A stretch of 64,000 bases of DNA from an uncultured delta proteobacterium (GTDB taxonomy: Bacteria > Desulfobacterota > Syntrophia > Syntrophales > UBA2185): NCBI GenBank assembly GCA_963695875.1, contig CAVOID010000003.1, positions 64,001-128,000 on the forward strand. Reading direction: 5' to 3'. Both the position numbers and the translations under genes were made by a program. Numbering within the stretch: the first letter of the stretch is position 1; every line of letters starts with the position of its first letter. Shown piece by piece: positions 43,618-54,584 of this stretch. Below the pieces are notes generated by a model. It saw nothing but the letters and a program-made list of their open reading frames with translations. It was not told where the DNA came from and ran no database searches.

Positions 43618-44781
43618 TTGTCCATTGAGTTAGCGATGACACTTTTTCTCCTCACCTTTTTCTTAGTATATGGAGGGGCGCATCTATACCTCTTTGCTAA
43701 GATAAAGGCTGTTCTACATCTCAGCACCGGGGTCAACATATGCCTGATAACCTTTATGGTGATCATGATCCTCGCCCCTATCGCTGTACGGATATCCGAA
43801 CGATACGGCTATGAAACAGTTGCACGTTTCATGTCTTACACAGGTTATATATGGATGGGGGTGTTGTTCCTATTCTTTATTTCCTCCCTGTTGTTTGATC
43901 TCTACCGCCTCCTGACGTACACAGCTGCTCTTATTCTCCACAGGGATCTTTCTCATCTGACTCTTTCACCTCTGTATGCCATTATGGTACCCATGCTCAT
44001 TTCTTTAGGCATCAACACGTATGGCTATTTCGAGGCAAAAACAATCAGAATAGAAAAAATGACTATTCAATCTTCCAAAATCCCCGAAGCAGCGGGACGG
44101 ATCAGGATCGTGCAGATGTCCGACGTGCATATTGGACTCATTGTGCGGGATGAACGTCTGCAACGGATCGTGGAAGAGATAAAAAAAGCGGACCCAGACA
44201 TACTGGTAGCAACAGGTGACCTCCTGGATGGACAGATCAATCGTCTTGAGGAACCGCTAGCCCTTCTACGGGATATAAATCCCCGCTACGGTAAATTTGC
44301 CATCACAGGTAATCATGAATTCTTTGCCGGTATAGACCAGGCTCTTGCTTTTTTACGGAATGCAGGCTTTGTGGTCCTCCGGGGAGAGGGTCTGAATGTG
44401 GCGGGAGTGGTTAATATCGCCGGCGTCGACGATCCGACCGGAGTCAGGTTTGGTCTGGCCCGACCGGTTTCGGAGAAGGCTCTGCTATCAGGACTTGCCG
44501 GGCAGTACTTCACCGTCCTCCTCAAGCACCAGCCGGTTGTGGATAACGACGCGGTCGCGTATTTTGATTTGCAGCTCTCAGGGCATACACATGGGGGACA
44601 GATTTTCCCCTTCAACTTCGTCACAAAGCGCTTTTTCCCCCTTAATAGAGGATATTTCACCCTCCCGAATCACTCGCGTTTATACGTAAGCCGGGGCGCA
44701 GGCACATGGGGGCCGCCTATCCGCTTTCTCTCACCTCCGGAAATCGCGGTGATTGATCTGGTCCACGACAGAAAGTACTGA
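43618..44781 (+). CDS. Membrane-anchored metallophosphoesterase
   Basis: Several TM helices, then SDVH, GDLLD, GNHE, GHTHGGQ. Confidence 0.9.
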   Translation: MSIELAMTLFLLTFFLVYGGAHLYLFAKIKAVLHLSTGVNICLITFMVIMILAPIAVRISERYGYETVARFMSYTGYIWMGVLFLFFISSLLFDLYRLLTYTAALILHRDLSHLTLSPLYAIMVPMLISLGINTYGYFEAKTIRIEKMTIQSSKIPEAAGRIRIVQMSDVHIGLIVRDERLQRIVEEIKKADPDILVATGDLLDGQINRLEEPLALLRDINPRYGKFAITGNHEFFAGIDQALAFLRNAGFVVLRGEGLNVAGVVNIAGVDDPTGVRFGLARPVSEKALLSGLAGQYFTVLLKHQPVVDNDAVAYFDLQLSGHTHGGQIFPFNFVTKRFFPLNRGYFTLPNHSRLYVSRGAGTWGPPIRFLSPPEIAVIDLVHDRKY

Positions 44782-44839
44782 ACAATTTTAAAAATCACCT
44801 CAATTACTTTAGAAATGAAGGAGTTTTAAGGAGGTCTCA

Positions 44840-44935
44840 ATGGAAAATAAGAAAAAAATCGCGTGGAAATTTTTATGGTTTCTGGTGGGTATAGCCGCCG
44901 TAACATCCATCCTGTTTCTATTAGTTGGTCGGTGA
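44840..44935 (+). CDS. 31-aa single-pass membrane peptide
   Basis: AAGGAGGT RBS; MENKKKIAWKFLWFLVGIAAVTSILFLLVGR. Confidence 0.6.
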   Translation: MENKKKIAWKFLWFLVGIAAVTSILFLLVGR

Positions 44936-45011
44936 TCACAGACCGGGAAGGGAACACTATAGTCGCGACAAAATAATAGCTAAATAACAACGTTATAATA
45001 CCTAATCATAA

Positions 45012-45034
45012 GCCGGATGCCCTCCGGTTTTTTT
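45012..45034 (+). terminator. Intrinsic terminator
   Basis: CCGGA-TGCCC-TCCGG followed by T7. Confidence 0.6.
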
Positions 45035-45324
45035 ATTTCAATTGATTTCATCCACGGGTCTTTACCGTTACCATGAATCGAAGGTTAAGTATTGTTGAAT
45101 AGAGAGAGGGAATAAAAAGGCTGCCTGCACAATCGAAAAATCTTACCCTCTATCTGGAATGCAGGCTAAGTTATCGGGATCCTGGCAAGAACGAGTGCGA
45201 GAAGCCCTCTGGTTCAAAAGGAATGGAGAAGGAAAAGAAAAATCCTTCAGAGAACTTGAAAACAGAAAAAACATGGTTATACTAATAACAAGTATCAATA
45301 TGAACATGAGGATATAGGTATTAT

Positions 45325-47073
45325 ATGGAAAAAGACATAGATGTCAATGAGATACAAAAAGACTTAAGCGAATATATCTCAAAGAAGTATGGGAAAAAAT
45401 TACATATTGCCGGATTCGGACCGGTTCCGGAGACGTCTAAGGATAAAGGTGAAGACGCGGAGAAGCAGACCAGGACGGGGGTTGAATCTATACATTTCGA
45501 CATGAAGCCGGGGGAATTAAAGGCCTACCTTGATGAGTATATGGTCAAGCAGGATGAAGCAAAGCAAGTCCTGGCTACGAAAATTTGTACTCATTTTAAT
45601 CGGATCAAGAGATTTGAGCTGAACCGTAAGAAAAAGCGGCCGGATACAATCGGGGAGATCAAGAATAACATTATTATGGTCGGTCCGACAGGTGTAGGCA
45701 AGACCTTCCTGGTTAGACTAATCGCTAACAAGATTGGAGTTCCCTTTGTCAAGGGCGATGCCACAAAATTCAGCGAAACAGGATATGTCGGCGGTGATGT
45801 AGAAGATCTGGTGCGAGACCTGGTTTATGAAGCCAAAGGAGATATCGAACTCGCCCAGTACGGGATCATATACCTGGATGAGGTAGACAAAATTGCCTCA
45901 TCGCACACCCTGATTGGGCCGGACGTATCCCGCTCCGGCGTCCAGCGTGCCCTGCTGAAGCCCATGGAAGAAACTGAGGTGGAGCTTAAGGTGCCCCATG
46001 ACCCGATTTCTCAGATGGAGGCCATACAGGAATATCAAAGAACCGGGAAGCGCGAAAAGAAGAAAATCAGCACCAAACATATACTGTTCATCATGAGCGG
46101 GGCGTTCAACGGGCTGGATGCAATCGTCAAAAAGCGGCTCAACCGCCAGGGGATCGGCTTTGGAGCAGAGATCCAACAAAAAGATGAACATACCGAGTAT
46201 CTGAAGCATTTGAAAGCAGAGGATCTGATTCAGTACGGTTTCGAGTCGGAATTCATCGGCAGATTACCGGTGGTAACTGTCTTTGAACCCCTGGAGGTGG
46301 AGGATCTTTATAAGATTCTGCGCAATCCCAAAAGTCCTATCATCATCGGGAAGAAACGTGACTTCAAGGCCTATGGCATTGATCTCCATTTTGAAGATGA
46401 AGCTCTCCATAACATCGCGGAAAACGCCTGCATGGAACGGACTGGGGCCCGTGGTCTGGTGAGCGCCGTGGAACGCGTCCTCATGAAGTTCGAACACACG
46501 CTGCCCTCCACGCATATCCGTCATCTCATTGTCACGAGTGATATGGTGGACGATCCGCATGGAGAGCTCCATAAAATCCTCACTTATCCCGATGACCCGG
46601 AAAGGGAAGCAGCCTTTCAGTGCCTGCTGACACAGGAAGAGGTGGGCTTGGAAAGATATATCAGGGAGAAGGCGCCTGGCTGGCAGCAGTCTTACGGAAC
46701 CAATTTCTCTGATGCTAGAATTAAGCTCATCACCAGGCATACTTTGGAACAACAGACAGATGTGGAAATTACGATTGAAGAAATGCAAGCTATCCAGCAG
46801 TTAGTTCAGGATTTTGCCAAAAAATTCTCCGCCCGGAACGAACTGGAAATATCGTTCACCGACGGAGCCATAGACTATTTAGCAGAAAAGATCTGGAAGG
46901 AACCTCAGGACCTTTCAGCATACCTGAAGTCAGCGCTGCAAAATTATGACCATGGGCTGAAACTTATTAAAGAAAAGACCGGAAAGCGGCAATTCCTCAT
47001 TCCTGCGGAAGGAGTGGAGAACCCTGGGCAATTCTTGAACAGCTTAATTCAGGAAGCTTACCGGAAGACGTGA
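45325..47073 (+). CDS. ClpX-like AAA+ ATPase without zinc finger, with C-terminal extension
   Basis: GPTGVGKT, GYVG, YLDEVDK, VQRALLK, IGF loop, EFIGRLP, TGARGL. Confidence 0.88.
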   Translation: MEKDIDVNEIQKDLSEYISKKYGKKLHIAGFGPVPETSKDKGEDAEKQTRTGVESIHFDMKPGELKAYLDEYMVKQDEAKQVLATKICTHFNRIKRFELNRKKKRPDTIGEIKNNIIMVGPTGVGKTFLVRLIANKIGVPFVKGDATKFSETGYVGGDVEDLVRDLVYEAKGDIELAQYGIIYLDEVDKIASSHTLIGPDVSRSGVQRALLKPMEETEVELKVPHDPISQMEAIQEYQRTGKREKKKISTKHILFIMSGAFNGLDAIVKKRLNRQGIGFGAEIQQKDEHTEYLKHLKAEDLIQYGFESEFIGRLPVVTVFEPLEVEDLYKILRNPKSPIIIGKKRDFKAYGIDLHFEDEALHNIAENACMERTGARGLVSAVERVLMKFEHTLPSTHIRHLIVTSDMVDDPHGELHKILTYPDDPEREAAFQCLLTQEEVGLERYIREKAPGWQQSYGTNFSDARIKLITRHTLEQQTDVEITIEEMQAIQQLVQDFAKKFSARNELEISFTDGAIDYLAEKIWKEPQDLSAYLKSALQNYDHGLKLIKEKTGKRQFLIPAEGVENPGQFLNSLIQEAYRKT

Positions 47074-47145
47074 GTATAGAGGGATTAAATTGATTCATTA
47101 CCCAGTAGCTTGTAAGAATCAGCATGCCTTGAATAATGCTTCCGG

Positions 47146-48697
47146 TCACGGCAACAGAAGCTGATTGTCCCGCGATCTTGATTCCCCTATACTGGTAACA
47201 TAAATTGCCGGCTGTCCGAGAACAGGGCACTTTGCCTCACAAATCCCGCAGCCGATACAGAGCTCAAGGTCGACTCTGGGTTGTTTTAATATAATCTCCT
47301 TTCCCTCTCTGTTTCTGACCTTTACCTGTTCAAACCAGATAGACTTCTTCGGGGTGGGGCAGACCTCTTCACAGACGATGCAAGGTGTGGCATGGGCATG
47401 GGGGAGGCATCTTCCCTTATCAATCATGGCAAGACCTAATTTGACTTTCGTTTTCTCTGAAAGCTCTAATCTCTTTATCGCACCTGTAGGACAGACTTGC
47501 CCGCAGAGGGTGCATCGGTATTCACAGTATCCGATGCGAGGAACAAGGACAGGTGACCATATCCCCTCGATGCCCGCTTCAAGGAATGTCGGTTGGAGGC
47601 CGTTGGTAATGCAGACCTTCATGCATTCTCCGCATTTTATGCATCTCCTCAGAAATTGCTTTTCTTCGAGGGCGCCCGGTGGTCTGATTAATTTAGGATC
47701 GGGAACCCCCGCCTTGACGATAGGTGTGATCCTCAATAGCGGGACCGCGATAAGCCCGGATATAATCGAACCGATCATCCGCCTTTTGCCGAGGTCCATT
47801 CCTGCAACGGGTTGATGTTTCATGAAACCGAAATAGACTGCATTTTGAGGACAGAGATCGTCACAGTTCATACAGACAAGGCATTCAGAATTTCTCCAGT
47901 TTTCCTTCAAGATCAGGAGCGGCATTCCCCTGACAGACAGATGAACAAGCTCCACACTCATTACAACCTTCGCTCACTGACCTTCTAAGGAGGGCATATC
48001 GGGATAGTATGCCCAGAAAAGCACCCAAGGGGCAGAGATGCTTGCACCAGAAACGTCTCTCCAGAAGATTCAATCCCAGAACAAGAAGAAACAGCAGTCC
48101 TATAAAGGCGCTCTGGAGGTAAAAGGGCTGCTGGAATGGGAGAAAAAGTTTCTTAAAGAGCGAGTAGATGAATTCGGAGATATTAACGAGGAAAGGAATG
48201 TTTGTATTATAGACCGCATCAAATATGGAAGTCGTCGCATAGCTGGTTAATGGATAAACTGCCAGCGAAAGAGAGCGGATCAGAAGAGAAATGGGATCAA
48301 CAATCCCGATGAGCTGAAGTGAGAAAAGGGACGAGGTGAGGAGAAAAATCAGGATATAATACTTGAACCGGTACCAGTTTATGGCTGCTGTTTTGCCTCG
48401 TTGTCTTTTCAGGGTACCCACCATGTTGTTCAGGGTTCCCAGGGGACATACCCAACCACAGAAGACCCTCCCCAGGAGCACCGTTGCGATGATCACGAAA
48501 GTGGCGAGGAAAAATGTTTGATACCAATTGCGGCCGGCTAGGATCGTTGTGATGAAAATCAGCGGGTCCGCATCTAAAAATATCTTTACGGGGTAGCCGA
48601 GATCATTGGCCCCTTTCGCTTCGGTCTGAAGAAAGAGCCACAAAAAAAGCAGTAAAAAAAGAGCCTGCGTAGCTATGCGAATTCTTTTGATCATCAA
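47146..48697 (-). CDS. Membrane polyferredoxin, NapH/NapG-MauM-like fusion (frameshift near 47900)
   Basis: GRVFCGWVCPLG, FWCKHLCPLG, IRPPGA, multiple CxxCxxCxxxCP. Confidence 0.88.
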
Positions 48698-49596
48698 ACA
48701 TTAATCTTCTTGATTTTCAATTTTGACAGGTCCATCGTACCGAGTCCTGCCTTGTATCCCGCTACTACATAACCGATGTTCGCTCCCTTCAAGCCGAAGA
48801 GCGTGGCCCCAAAAGCGTCAACTGCCACCTGATCCGTTCCCGCAATGACCGTATTAAGTTGTTTCACATCTGCAAGGTCCCCGCCCTGCGGTCCATTTGC
48901 GGTCAGGATACGCACCGCATCAAGTACGATAAGGGCGGGCTTGATGGTCATGGCAACATCGACGAGACTCCCCTCGATCTTCTGGTGTATCCTGCCTCGC
49001 GATCCACCCATGATTCCCATCCAGTTCTTCATTCCGAGGGTAAGGGTGGAGAGGCTGTGTGCCTTTGCGATCGGGATATTGATGATCTTGTCTGCCTCAA
49101 TTATCTCCGTATAGAGAGGCCATGATTTAAGGGCAATGCCCGGTAACTTCAGTTCTCGAAATTTTCTTTCATCTACATAGCTGATAATGCCACCCACTGC
49201 TGAAGCAGCATCGGCAATACCGCTCTGTTTATAACACCGCCTTGGATCTACAACGCTGCGGTCAAAGACCTTAACCTGTTTTGCTCCCACCTCATAGCAC
49301 AGCCTGACAACTGCAGATACAACCTCCGGGTTTGTGGTTGCCGCATATTCAGGTATTCTATCCCATCCGATGTTTGGCTTGACAACAACAATATCTCCTT
49401 TCGATATAAATCTTTTCATTCCACCCAGGCCATCAATGGCAGCCTTCGTTATCTTTGTGGGTGAAATGCCGTGGGCGACGACAAGGTCTGTCTTCTCGGC
49501 AGCCTCCAGGGCACCGAGGAATGTGTCCGCAGCACCCGGGACGGCGAACGCTACGCCGGTTACAATGGCGGCTTTGAGAAAATCTCTTCGATCCAT
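48694..49596 (-). CDS. Tat-exported DUF362 protein
   Basis: MDRRDFLK, VVKPN, TTNPEV, KAH, LGMKNWMG, DQVAVDA. Confidence 0.88.
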   Translation of the reverse strand: MDRRDFLKAAIVTGVAFAVPGAADTFLGALEAAEKTDLVVAHGISPTKITKAAIDGLGGMKRFISKGDIVVVKPNIGWDRIPEYAATTNPEVVSAVVRLCYEVGAKQVKVFDRSVVDPRRCYKQSGIADAASAVGGIISYVDERKFRELKLPGIALKSWPLYTEIIEADKIINIPIAKAHSLSTLTLGMKNWMGIMGGSRGRIHQKIEGSLVDVAMTIKPALIVLDAVRILTANGPQGGDLADVKQLNTVIAGTDQVAVDAFGATLFGLKGANIGYVVAGYKAGLGTMDLSKLKIKKINV

Positions 49597-49948
49597 AGGT
49601 ACTCAATCAAAAAATGTAAACAAGTTGTCATTAATTATGATTGTATTACTGACGACAGGAGTAATCTATTACTTTTACCTTGATCTGTCCAACAATTTTC
49701 CCAAGTTGAAGGAAGGATGCCCAGTCACGGCCTTCCACCAGCTTGATATGTGTCGCATCAACCCCCACCTGGTTGAAGGTCGGATCACCCGTAAGATGTT
49801 TCATTCCCTTACCATTCATCAGCAATCCGGACATAAAAAGTAGTGGCAAAAAACCCATTTCATATTTATACTTGTATTTCAATGGCATTAAGAATGACGT
49901 CATCAGGTAAATAAAGCATCCTTCTGAAATAAATTCGGGGACAATAAT

Positions 49949-51751
49949 ATGAAAAAACAACATAAATTTTCTGTCTGGTATGTCCTTATAGGTATTTGGG
50001 CGGTTTTGCTGATCCAGAGTTATATCGCCTCCATGTTTGCCGTTCAGACTATTCCGTACAGCCAGTTTTTAAACTTCCTCAAGGCGGGAAAGATTGTTGA
50101 AGTCGCCATAACGGCCAATCAGATTCAGGGCAAGATGAAAGTTGAAGGTGGCGCTCCCGATGACACAAAGACCTTCAAAACCATACGTGTTGACCCGGAG
50201 TTGTCCACCATCCTAGATCAGTACAAAGTCGTTTTCAAAGGGGAAATAGAATCTACTTTTCTCCGTGACCTCTTTTCGTGGGTCTTCCCCTTAATACTTT
50301 TTGTCGGCATCTGGTACTTCTTAATGAAGAAAATGGGGGCTCAGCAGGCGGGTTTCATGACCATCGGCAAAAACAAGGCAAAGATATATATGGAAAATGA
50401 ATTGAACGTTACCTTCAAAGACGTTGCCGGTGTTGACGAAGCTAAGCAGGAGCTGATCGAAGTTGTCGAATTCTTGAAAAACCCGGGGAAATTTACCGAA
50501 CTGGGAGGCAGGATACCCAAGGGCATCCTTCTCGTGGGTCCCCCGGGAACGGGGAAAACCCTCCTGGCCAAGGCCGTCGCCGGTGAAAGCGGCGTGCCTT
50601 TCTTCAGCCTCTCCGGATCGGAATTTGTAGAGATGTTCGTGGGACTGGGAGCGGCACGGGTGCGTGATCTTTTTGTCCAGGCCAAAGAGAAGGCCCCCTG
50701 TATCATCTTTATCGATGAACTCGACGCCCTGGGAAAGGCCCGTGGCATCGGGACATTTGGGGGACACGATGAACGGGAACAAACGCTAAATCAGCTTCTG
50801 GCGGAAATGGACGGTTTCGATCCGAAGGTAGGAGTCATTCTCATGGCCGCAACGAACAGGCCGGAAATTCTGGACCCCGCCCTCCTCAGGCCCGGCCGGT
50901 TCGATCGCCATGTCCTTGTGGACCGCCCCGATAAGACCGGACGGATGGAGATCCTGAAGGTTCACCTGAGAAATATAAAAGCAGTGGAAGACCTTGACTT
51001 GGAGAAACTGGCGAACATGACCCCGGGCATGGTAGGTGCGGACCTCGCCAACCTGGTCAATGAAGCGGCGCTCCTCGCCGTCAGAAGAGAGAAGAAAGAG
51101 GTGGGGATGCCCGAATTCGAGGAGGCTGTCGAAAGGGTTGTGGCGGGACTCGAAAAAAAGAACCGTTTGATAAATCCCGATGAGAGGAAAACCGTGGCCT
51201 ATCACGAGATGGGTCATGCCATTGTGGCCTTATCTCTCCCCGGTACCGATCCGGTCCAAAAGATCTCCATAATACCTCGCGGCATTGCCGCCCTCGGTTA
51301 TACCATGCAGGTTCCTACAGGGGATCGCTTCCTCATGAAGAAGACCGAACTCCTCAACAAGGTCGCCTCCCTCCTTGGAGGCAGGGCGGCGGAAGAAATC
51401 ATATTCGGAGATATATCCACTGGCGCCCATAACGATCTCGCGAGGGCTACGGACATCACAAAGAGCATGATCAAAGAATACGGCATGAGTGACAGATTGG
51501 GTCAGGTGTACTTCGCTCACGAGAAGCGACAGCAGTTCCTCGATATAGGCATGCGGGAGACTGGTGACTACAGCAACGCCACGGCAGAAGCCATCGACGA
51601 AGAAATAAAAACGATTATCAGCACGGAATATGCAAAGGCACTCGAGATTCTCAGAAGCAAGAAGGATATCCTGCAAAAAGGTGCCGAATTGCTGCTTGAA
51701 AAAGAAAAGATAGAAGGGGCGGAGATAAAGGCTTTGATGGCAAATCAATAA
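49949..51751 (+). CDS. ftsH: ATP-dependent zinc metalloprotease FtsH
   Basis: 2 TM helices, [26 protein letters not shown]. Confidence 0.95.
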   Translation: MKKQHKFSVWYVLIGIWAVLLIQSYIASMFAVQTIPYSQFLNFLKAGKIVEVAITANQIQGKMKVEGGAPDDTKTFKTIRVDPELSTILDQYKVVFKGEIESTFLRDLFSWVFPLILFVGIWYFLMKKMGAQQAGFMTIGKNKAKIYMENELNVTFKDVAGVDEAKQELIEVVEFLKNPGKFTELGGRIPKGILLVGPPGTGKTLLAKAVAGESGVPFFSLSGSEFVEMFVGLGAARVRDLFVQAKEKAPCIIFIDELDALGKARGIGTFGGHDEREQTLNQLLAEMDGFDPKVGVILMAATNRPEILDPALLRPGRFDRHVLVDRPDKTGRMEILKVHLRNIKAVEDLDLEKLANMTPGMVGADLANLVNEAALLAVRREKKEVGMPEFEEAVERVVAGLEKKNRLINPDERKTVAYHEMGHAIVALSLPGTDPVQKISIIPRGIAALGYTMQVPTGDRFLMKKTELLNKVASLLGGRAAEEIIFGDISTGAHNDLARATDITKSMIKEYGMSDRLGQVYFAHEKRQQFLDIGMRETGDYSNATAEAIDEEIKTIISTEYAKALEILRSKKDILQKGAELLLEKEKIEGAEIKALMANQ

Positions 51752-51797
51752 AAGACCAATCGAGAAGCTTTCAATTACATCGCTGGCAGCTTTTCGT

Positions 51798-51826
51798 TTG
51801 ACAGGCATAAAGACTTCCTCTATACT
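51798..51826 (+). promoter_or_regulatory. Sigma70 promoter
   Basis: TTGACA-N17-TATACT. Confidence 0.7.
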
Positions 51827-51862
51827 CCGCACCTCAAACGACGATAGTGAAAGGATTAAGCA

Positions 51863-52201
51863 GTGGCTAAAAAAGAAGCAACTGATGAAATTATCTCCGG
51901 AGATGGTATTAAAACGTCTGAGGGAGTTGTGCTCTGTTCCTGTAGTTTAGCGTGCCGTGTATGCGGAACTTCGGATCTTTTCGAATGGCCGGAAAATAAA
52001 ATAAGCCCTGAAGATGTGGAAGGTATAGATTCGCTAGGTCTTATAATAGCTGTAGCGCACAGCAAGAACTGGATTGCGCAACGTGTTGTTAATGTTCAAG
52101 AAGGAAAACGTTCACTGTTCGTGTTATGCCCGACCTGTCTGGCGCTGTTCTTCTCAGCCACGACAACACCGGCCGGTGCTGATGTAAAAGAGAAATCTTA
52201 G
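51863..52201 (+). CDS. Hypothetical protein with two CxxC motifs
   Basis: CRVC and CPTC; near-consensus promoter immediately upstream. Confidence 0.55.
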   Translation: MAKKEATDEIISGDGIKTSEGVVLCSCSLACRVCGTSDLFEWPENKISPEDVEGIDSLGLIIAVAHSKNWIAQRVVNVQEGKRSLFVLCPTCLALFFSATTTPAGADVKEKS

Positions 52202-52361
52202 TATTCGGTCCGGTGACATTCCTTTAATAAAATGCCCATAGATATGGCACAATCCCTGATCGCCTGCTGGTAGCTTCCAATCCATATTAAGACAATCCCC
52301 CCTGTACTGCATAATACAATATTACTCCTCACACCTACAGAAGGCAGACGAGGGAGGAGTA

Positions 52362-52390
52362 TTGACATTTTATGCATTAATGATGATACT
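52362..52390 (+). promoter_or_regulatory. Sigma70 promoter
   Basis: TTGACA-N17-GATACT upstream of the thioredoxin gene. Confidence 0.5.
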
Positions 52391-52400
52391 ATAAAAAAGA

Positions 52401-52967
52401 ATGTCGAGAATAACAATGACCTTTGATGAAATGATTATACGGTGCCTCAATTGTGGCACAAAGAACCGTATACCGAAGGACCGTCTTCATGACCGTCCGA
52501 CATGTGGCAGATGCCATGCCTATCTTGACGACATGATTATCAGGTGTCTTGCTTGCGGTACAAAAAATCGGATGCCTGAGGATCGCCTCGATCAGCAACC
52601 TGTATGCGGAAAGTGCGGAGTCCCCATTATCATCAGTGACGATAAGGGGCATACCATGGACATCACTGATGAAACATTTTCCAAGGAAGTCCTCTTGTAT
52701 TCGGGCCCCGTCCTGATGGATTCCTGGGCACCATGGTGTGCACCATGCCGCATGGTAGGACCGATTCTGGATGAGCTTGCGTCCAAATATGCAGGTGGTG
52801 TCAAGATTGTTAAACTGAATGTGGATGAAAATCCCGTTACAGCATCGAAATACAACATTCAAAGCATACCCACGATGCTTTTATTTAAGGGCGGATCGCT
52901 TGTCAATAGATTGGTCGGCGCCCTTCCTAAAGAAGAAATCGAGCGGCATCTGCTTTCGATCATGTAG
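52401..52967 (+). CDS. trxC: Thioredoxin 2 with duplicated zinc finger
   Basis: Two CxxCGTKNR...CGxC units plus WAPWCAPC thioredoxin domain. Confidence 0.88.
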   Translation: MSRITMTFDEMIIRCLNCGTKNRIPKDRLHDRPTCGRCHAYLDDMIIRCLACGTKNRMPEDRLDQQPVCGKCGVPIIISDDKGHTMDITDETFSKEVLLYSGPVLMDSWAPWCAPCRMVGPILDELASKYAGGVKIVKLNVDENPVTASKYNIQSIPTMLLFKGGSLVNRLVGALPKEEIERHLLSIM

Positions 52968-52990
52968 ACACGAGGTTCTCCCTGTGAGCG

Positions 52991-53965
52991 TTACTTAAAA
53001 AGCAAAACAAACTGCTCAAAGACGTCTCTATGGAAGTGATCAATCATCTCCTCTTTCATTATTCTCAGGGCGTTAAAGGGTTCAAGTTTTTGTCTATAAG
53101 GACGGTCGGAAGTCAGTGCGTCAAACACGTCGGCTATGGAACATATCTTTCCATATAGATGAATATCGTCTCCTTTGAGGCCGTACGGATAACCCTTACC
53201 ATCGTATCTTTCATGGTGCTGCAACACAATCTTCTTACATTCGGGAGTCAATTGCTTGGTCTCATGGAGAACTTTGTACCCCATGTTGGGGTGCTGTTTC
53301 ATCGCGTTCATTTCCTCTATCGTTAGTTTACCCGGCTTATTGATAATAGCCGTATCCACCTGTACTTTTCCCAGATCATGAAGGAAAAACCCGGCTCCCA
53401 ATTCATGCATGTCATGAGCCGTCGATTTGTTAAAAAGCGATTTTGAGAGCGAAACAGCCAGGAAACCCACATTTACGGAGTGCGTATAGGTATAAAAATC
53501 ATGGGATGTAATGCTCAACAGATATAAGGATGTTTTATCATCAGTAAGAATCAGATCGACAACTTCAGCAATACCTTTTTTTGCATCGCGAATGTTTTCA
53601 GCGGTGGGATTTTCGAGCAGGTTGCTTATCAATGTGAAGGAATGGGCCTGCACTGCTTTTGCTTTTTCCAGAGGCGGCAATTTTGCATCATGGATTGCCT
53701 CCATGAGTTCATCAGGCACTATTGTTCTGGATAATGGTCTTAAGGTCTGCTCAGATTCAGTATCAAGTTTCTCTTTTGCCTCGGAAAAAGTGCTCCTTTT
53801 TGTATCGACGATGATTTCCGCGAGGCCGTAATCATAAATCTTTTTTATCTGGTCTCTGGATTTAATTAAAAATTCATTCTTAACAAAGGGGTGGGATAGC
53901 CATGATACAGGCAAAATAACATACATGCCGATTTTTATGTTTTCCGTCTTGACAGTTCTTTGCAT
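52991..53965 (-). CDS. HD-GYP phosphodiesterase with DUF3391-like N-terminus
   Basis: IKIGMYV..W..HPF, YTYTHS, LHDLGK, HHERYDGKGYP, ADVFDALTSDRPYR. Confidence 0.92.
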   Translation of the reverse strand: MQRTVKTENIKIGMYVILPVSWLSHPFVKNEFLIKSRDQIKKIYDYGLAEIIVDTKRSTFSEAKEKLDTESEQTLRPLSRTIVPDELMEAIHDAKLPPLEKAKAVQAHSFTLISNLLENPTAENIRDAKKGIAEVVDLILTDDKTSLYLLSITSHDFYTYTHSVNVGFLAVSLSKSLFNKSTAHDMHELGAGFFLHDLGKVQVDTAIINKPGKLTIEEMNAMKQHPNMGYKVLHETKQLTPECKKIVLQHHERYDGKGYPYGLKGDDIHLYGKICSIADVFDALTSDRPYRQKLEPFNALRIMKEEMIDHFHRDVFEQFVLLFK

Positions 53966-54041
53966 AACATTACCGATGATAATGATCTTCAAACGTGGAA
54001 GACCATCGTTCCTACTTATCATTATCGGCATTCTTATGCAT

Positions 54042-54584
54042 TTACCTGAGCATCTTTTCCCGTTTCTCCAGTTCAACCTCCAAACTTTTTAAAAGCTGAA
54101 TATCGTTCTTAAGCTGCTCTATATCTTTCTTAAGCTGATCATTTTCCTGAACTAATTTCGTCGTTTCTTCCAGCAATTGCTTGTTGTCCTTCTTTATCTG
54201 TTCATTTTCCTTAAGGATCTTGGCCTTTTCCTCCTTGGTAATCTCGATCAATTGCTTTTCAGCGTTGTACTTTTCCATACCATCAATAAGACGGATCAAT
54301 ATCTCAGAGAGTCCCCGCCACCTGCTGCGCGGATATTTTTTCAGCAATTCATCAAATGCCTCTCTGGCCTTCACATAATCTGCCGCCTTATCACGGTTCC
54401 CTAAATATGACATGCCTCTAGAAAAGATATCTGTATCGGAAGGAGATCTTTTGAACCATCCTTTTTCAAAATCCGGCGACGGATTCGTCGGAGGGGTGGG
54501 TAGTGAAGCACATGCCCCCAATAGGACAAAAAGCACACAAACTAGATATTTACAATATATTCCCCACGTCTTCCTGTTTGACAT
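54042..54584 (-). CDS. Lipoprotein with TPR-like hairpin and coiled coil (QseG/YfhG-like)
   Basis: Lipobox LGAC; AREAFDELLKKYPRS; heptad tail ending LKSLEVELEKR. Confidence 0.7.
   Translation of the reverse strand: MSNRKTWGIYCKYLVCVLFVLLGACASLPTPPTNPSPDFEKGWFKRSPSDTDIFSRGMSYLGNRDKAADYVKAREAFDELLKKYPRSRWRGLSEILIRLIDGMEKYNAEKQLIEITKEEKAKILKENEQIKKDNKQLLEETTKLVQENDQLKKDIEQLKNDIQLLKSLEVELEKREKMLR

Noticed and set aside
49646..49963. 105-aa minus-strand ORF between DUF362 and ftsH
   Set aside because: No recognisable motif and it spans the ftsH promoter region. It could be a gene remnant, but I cannot support that.
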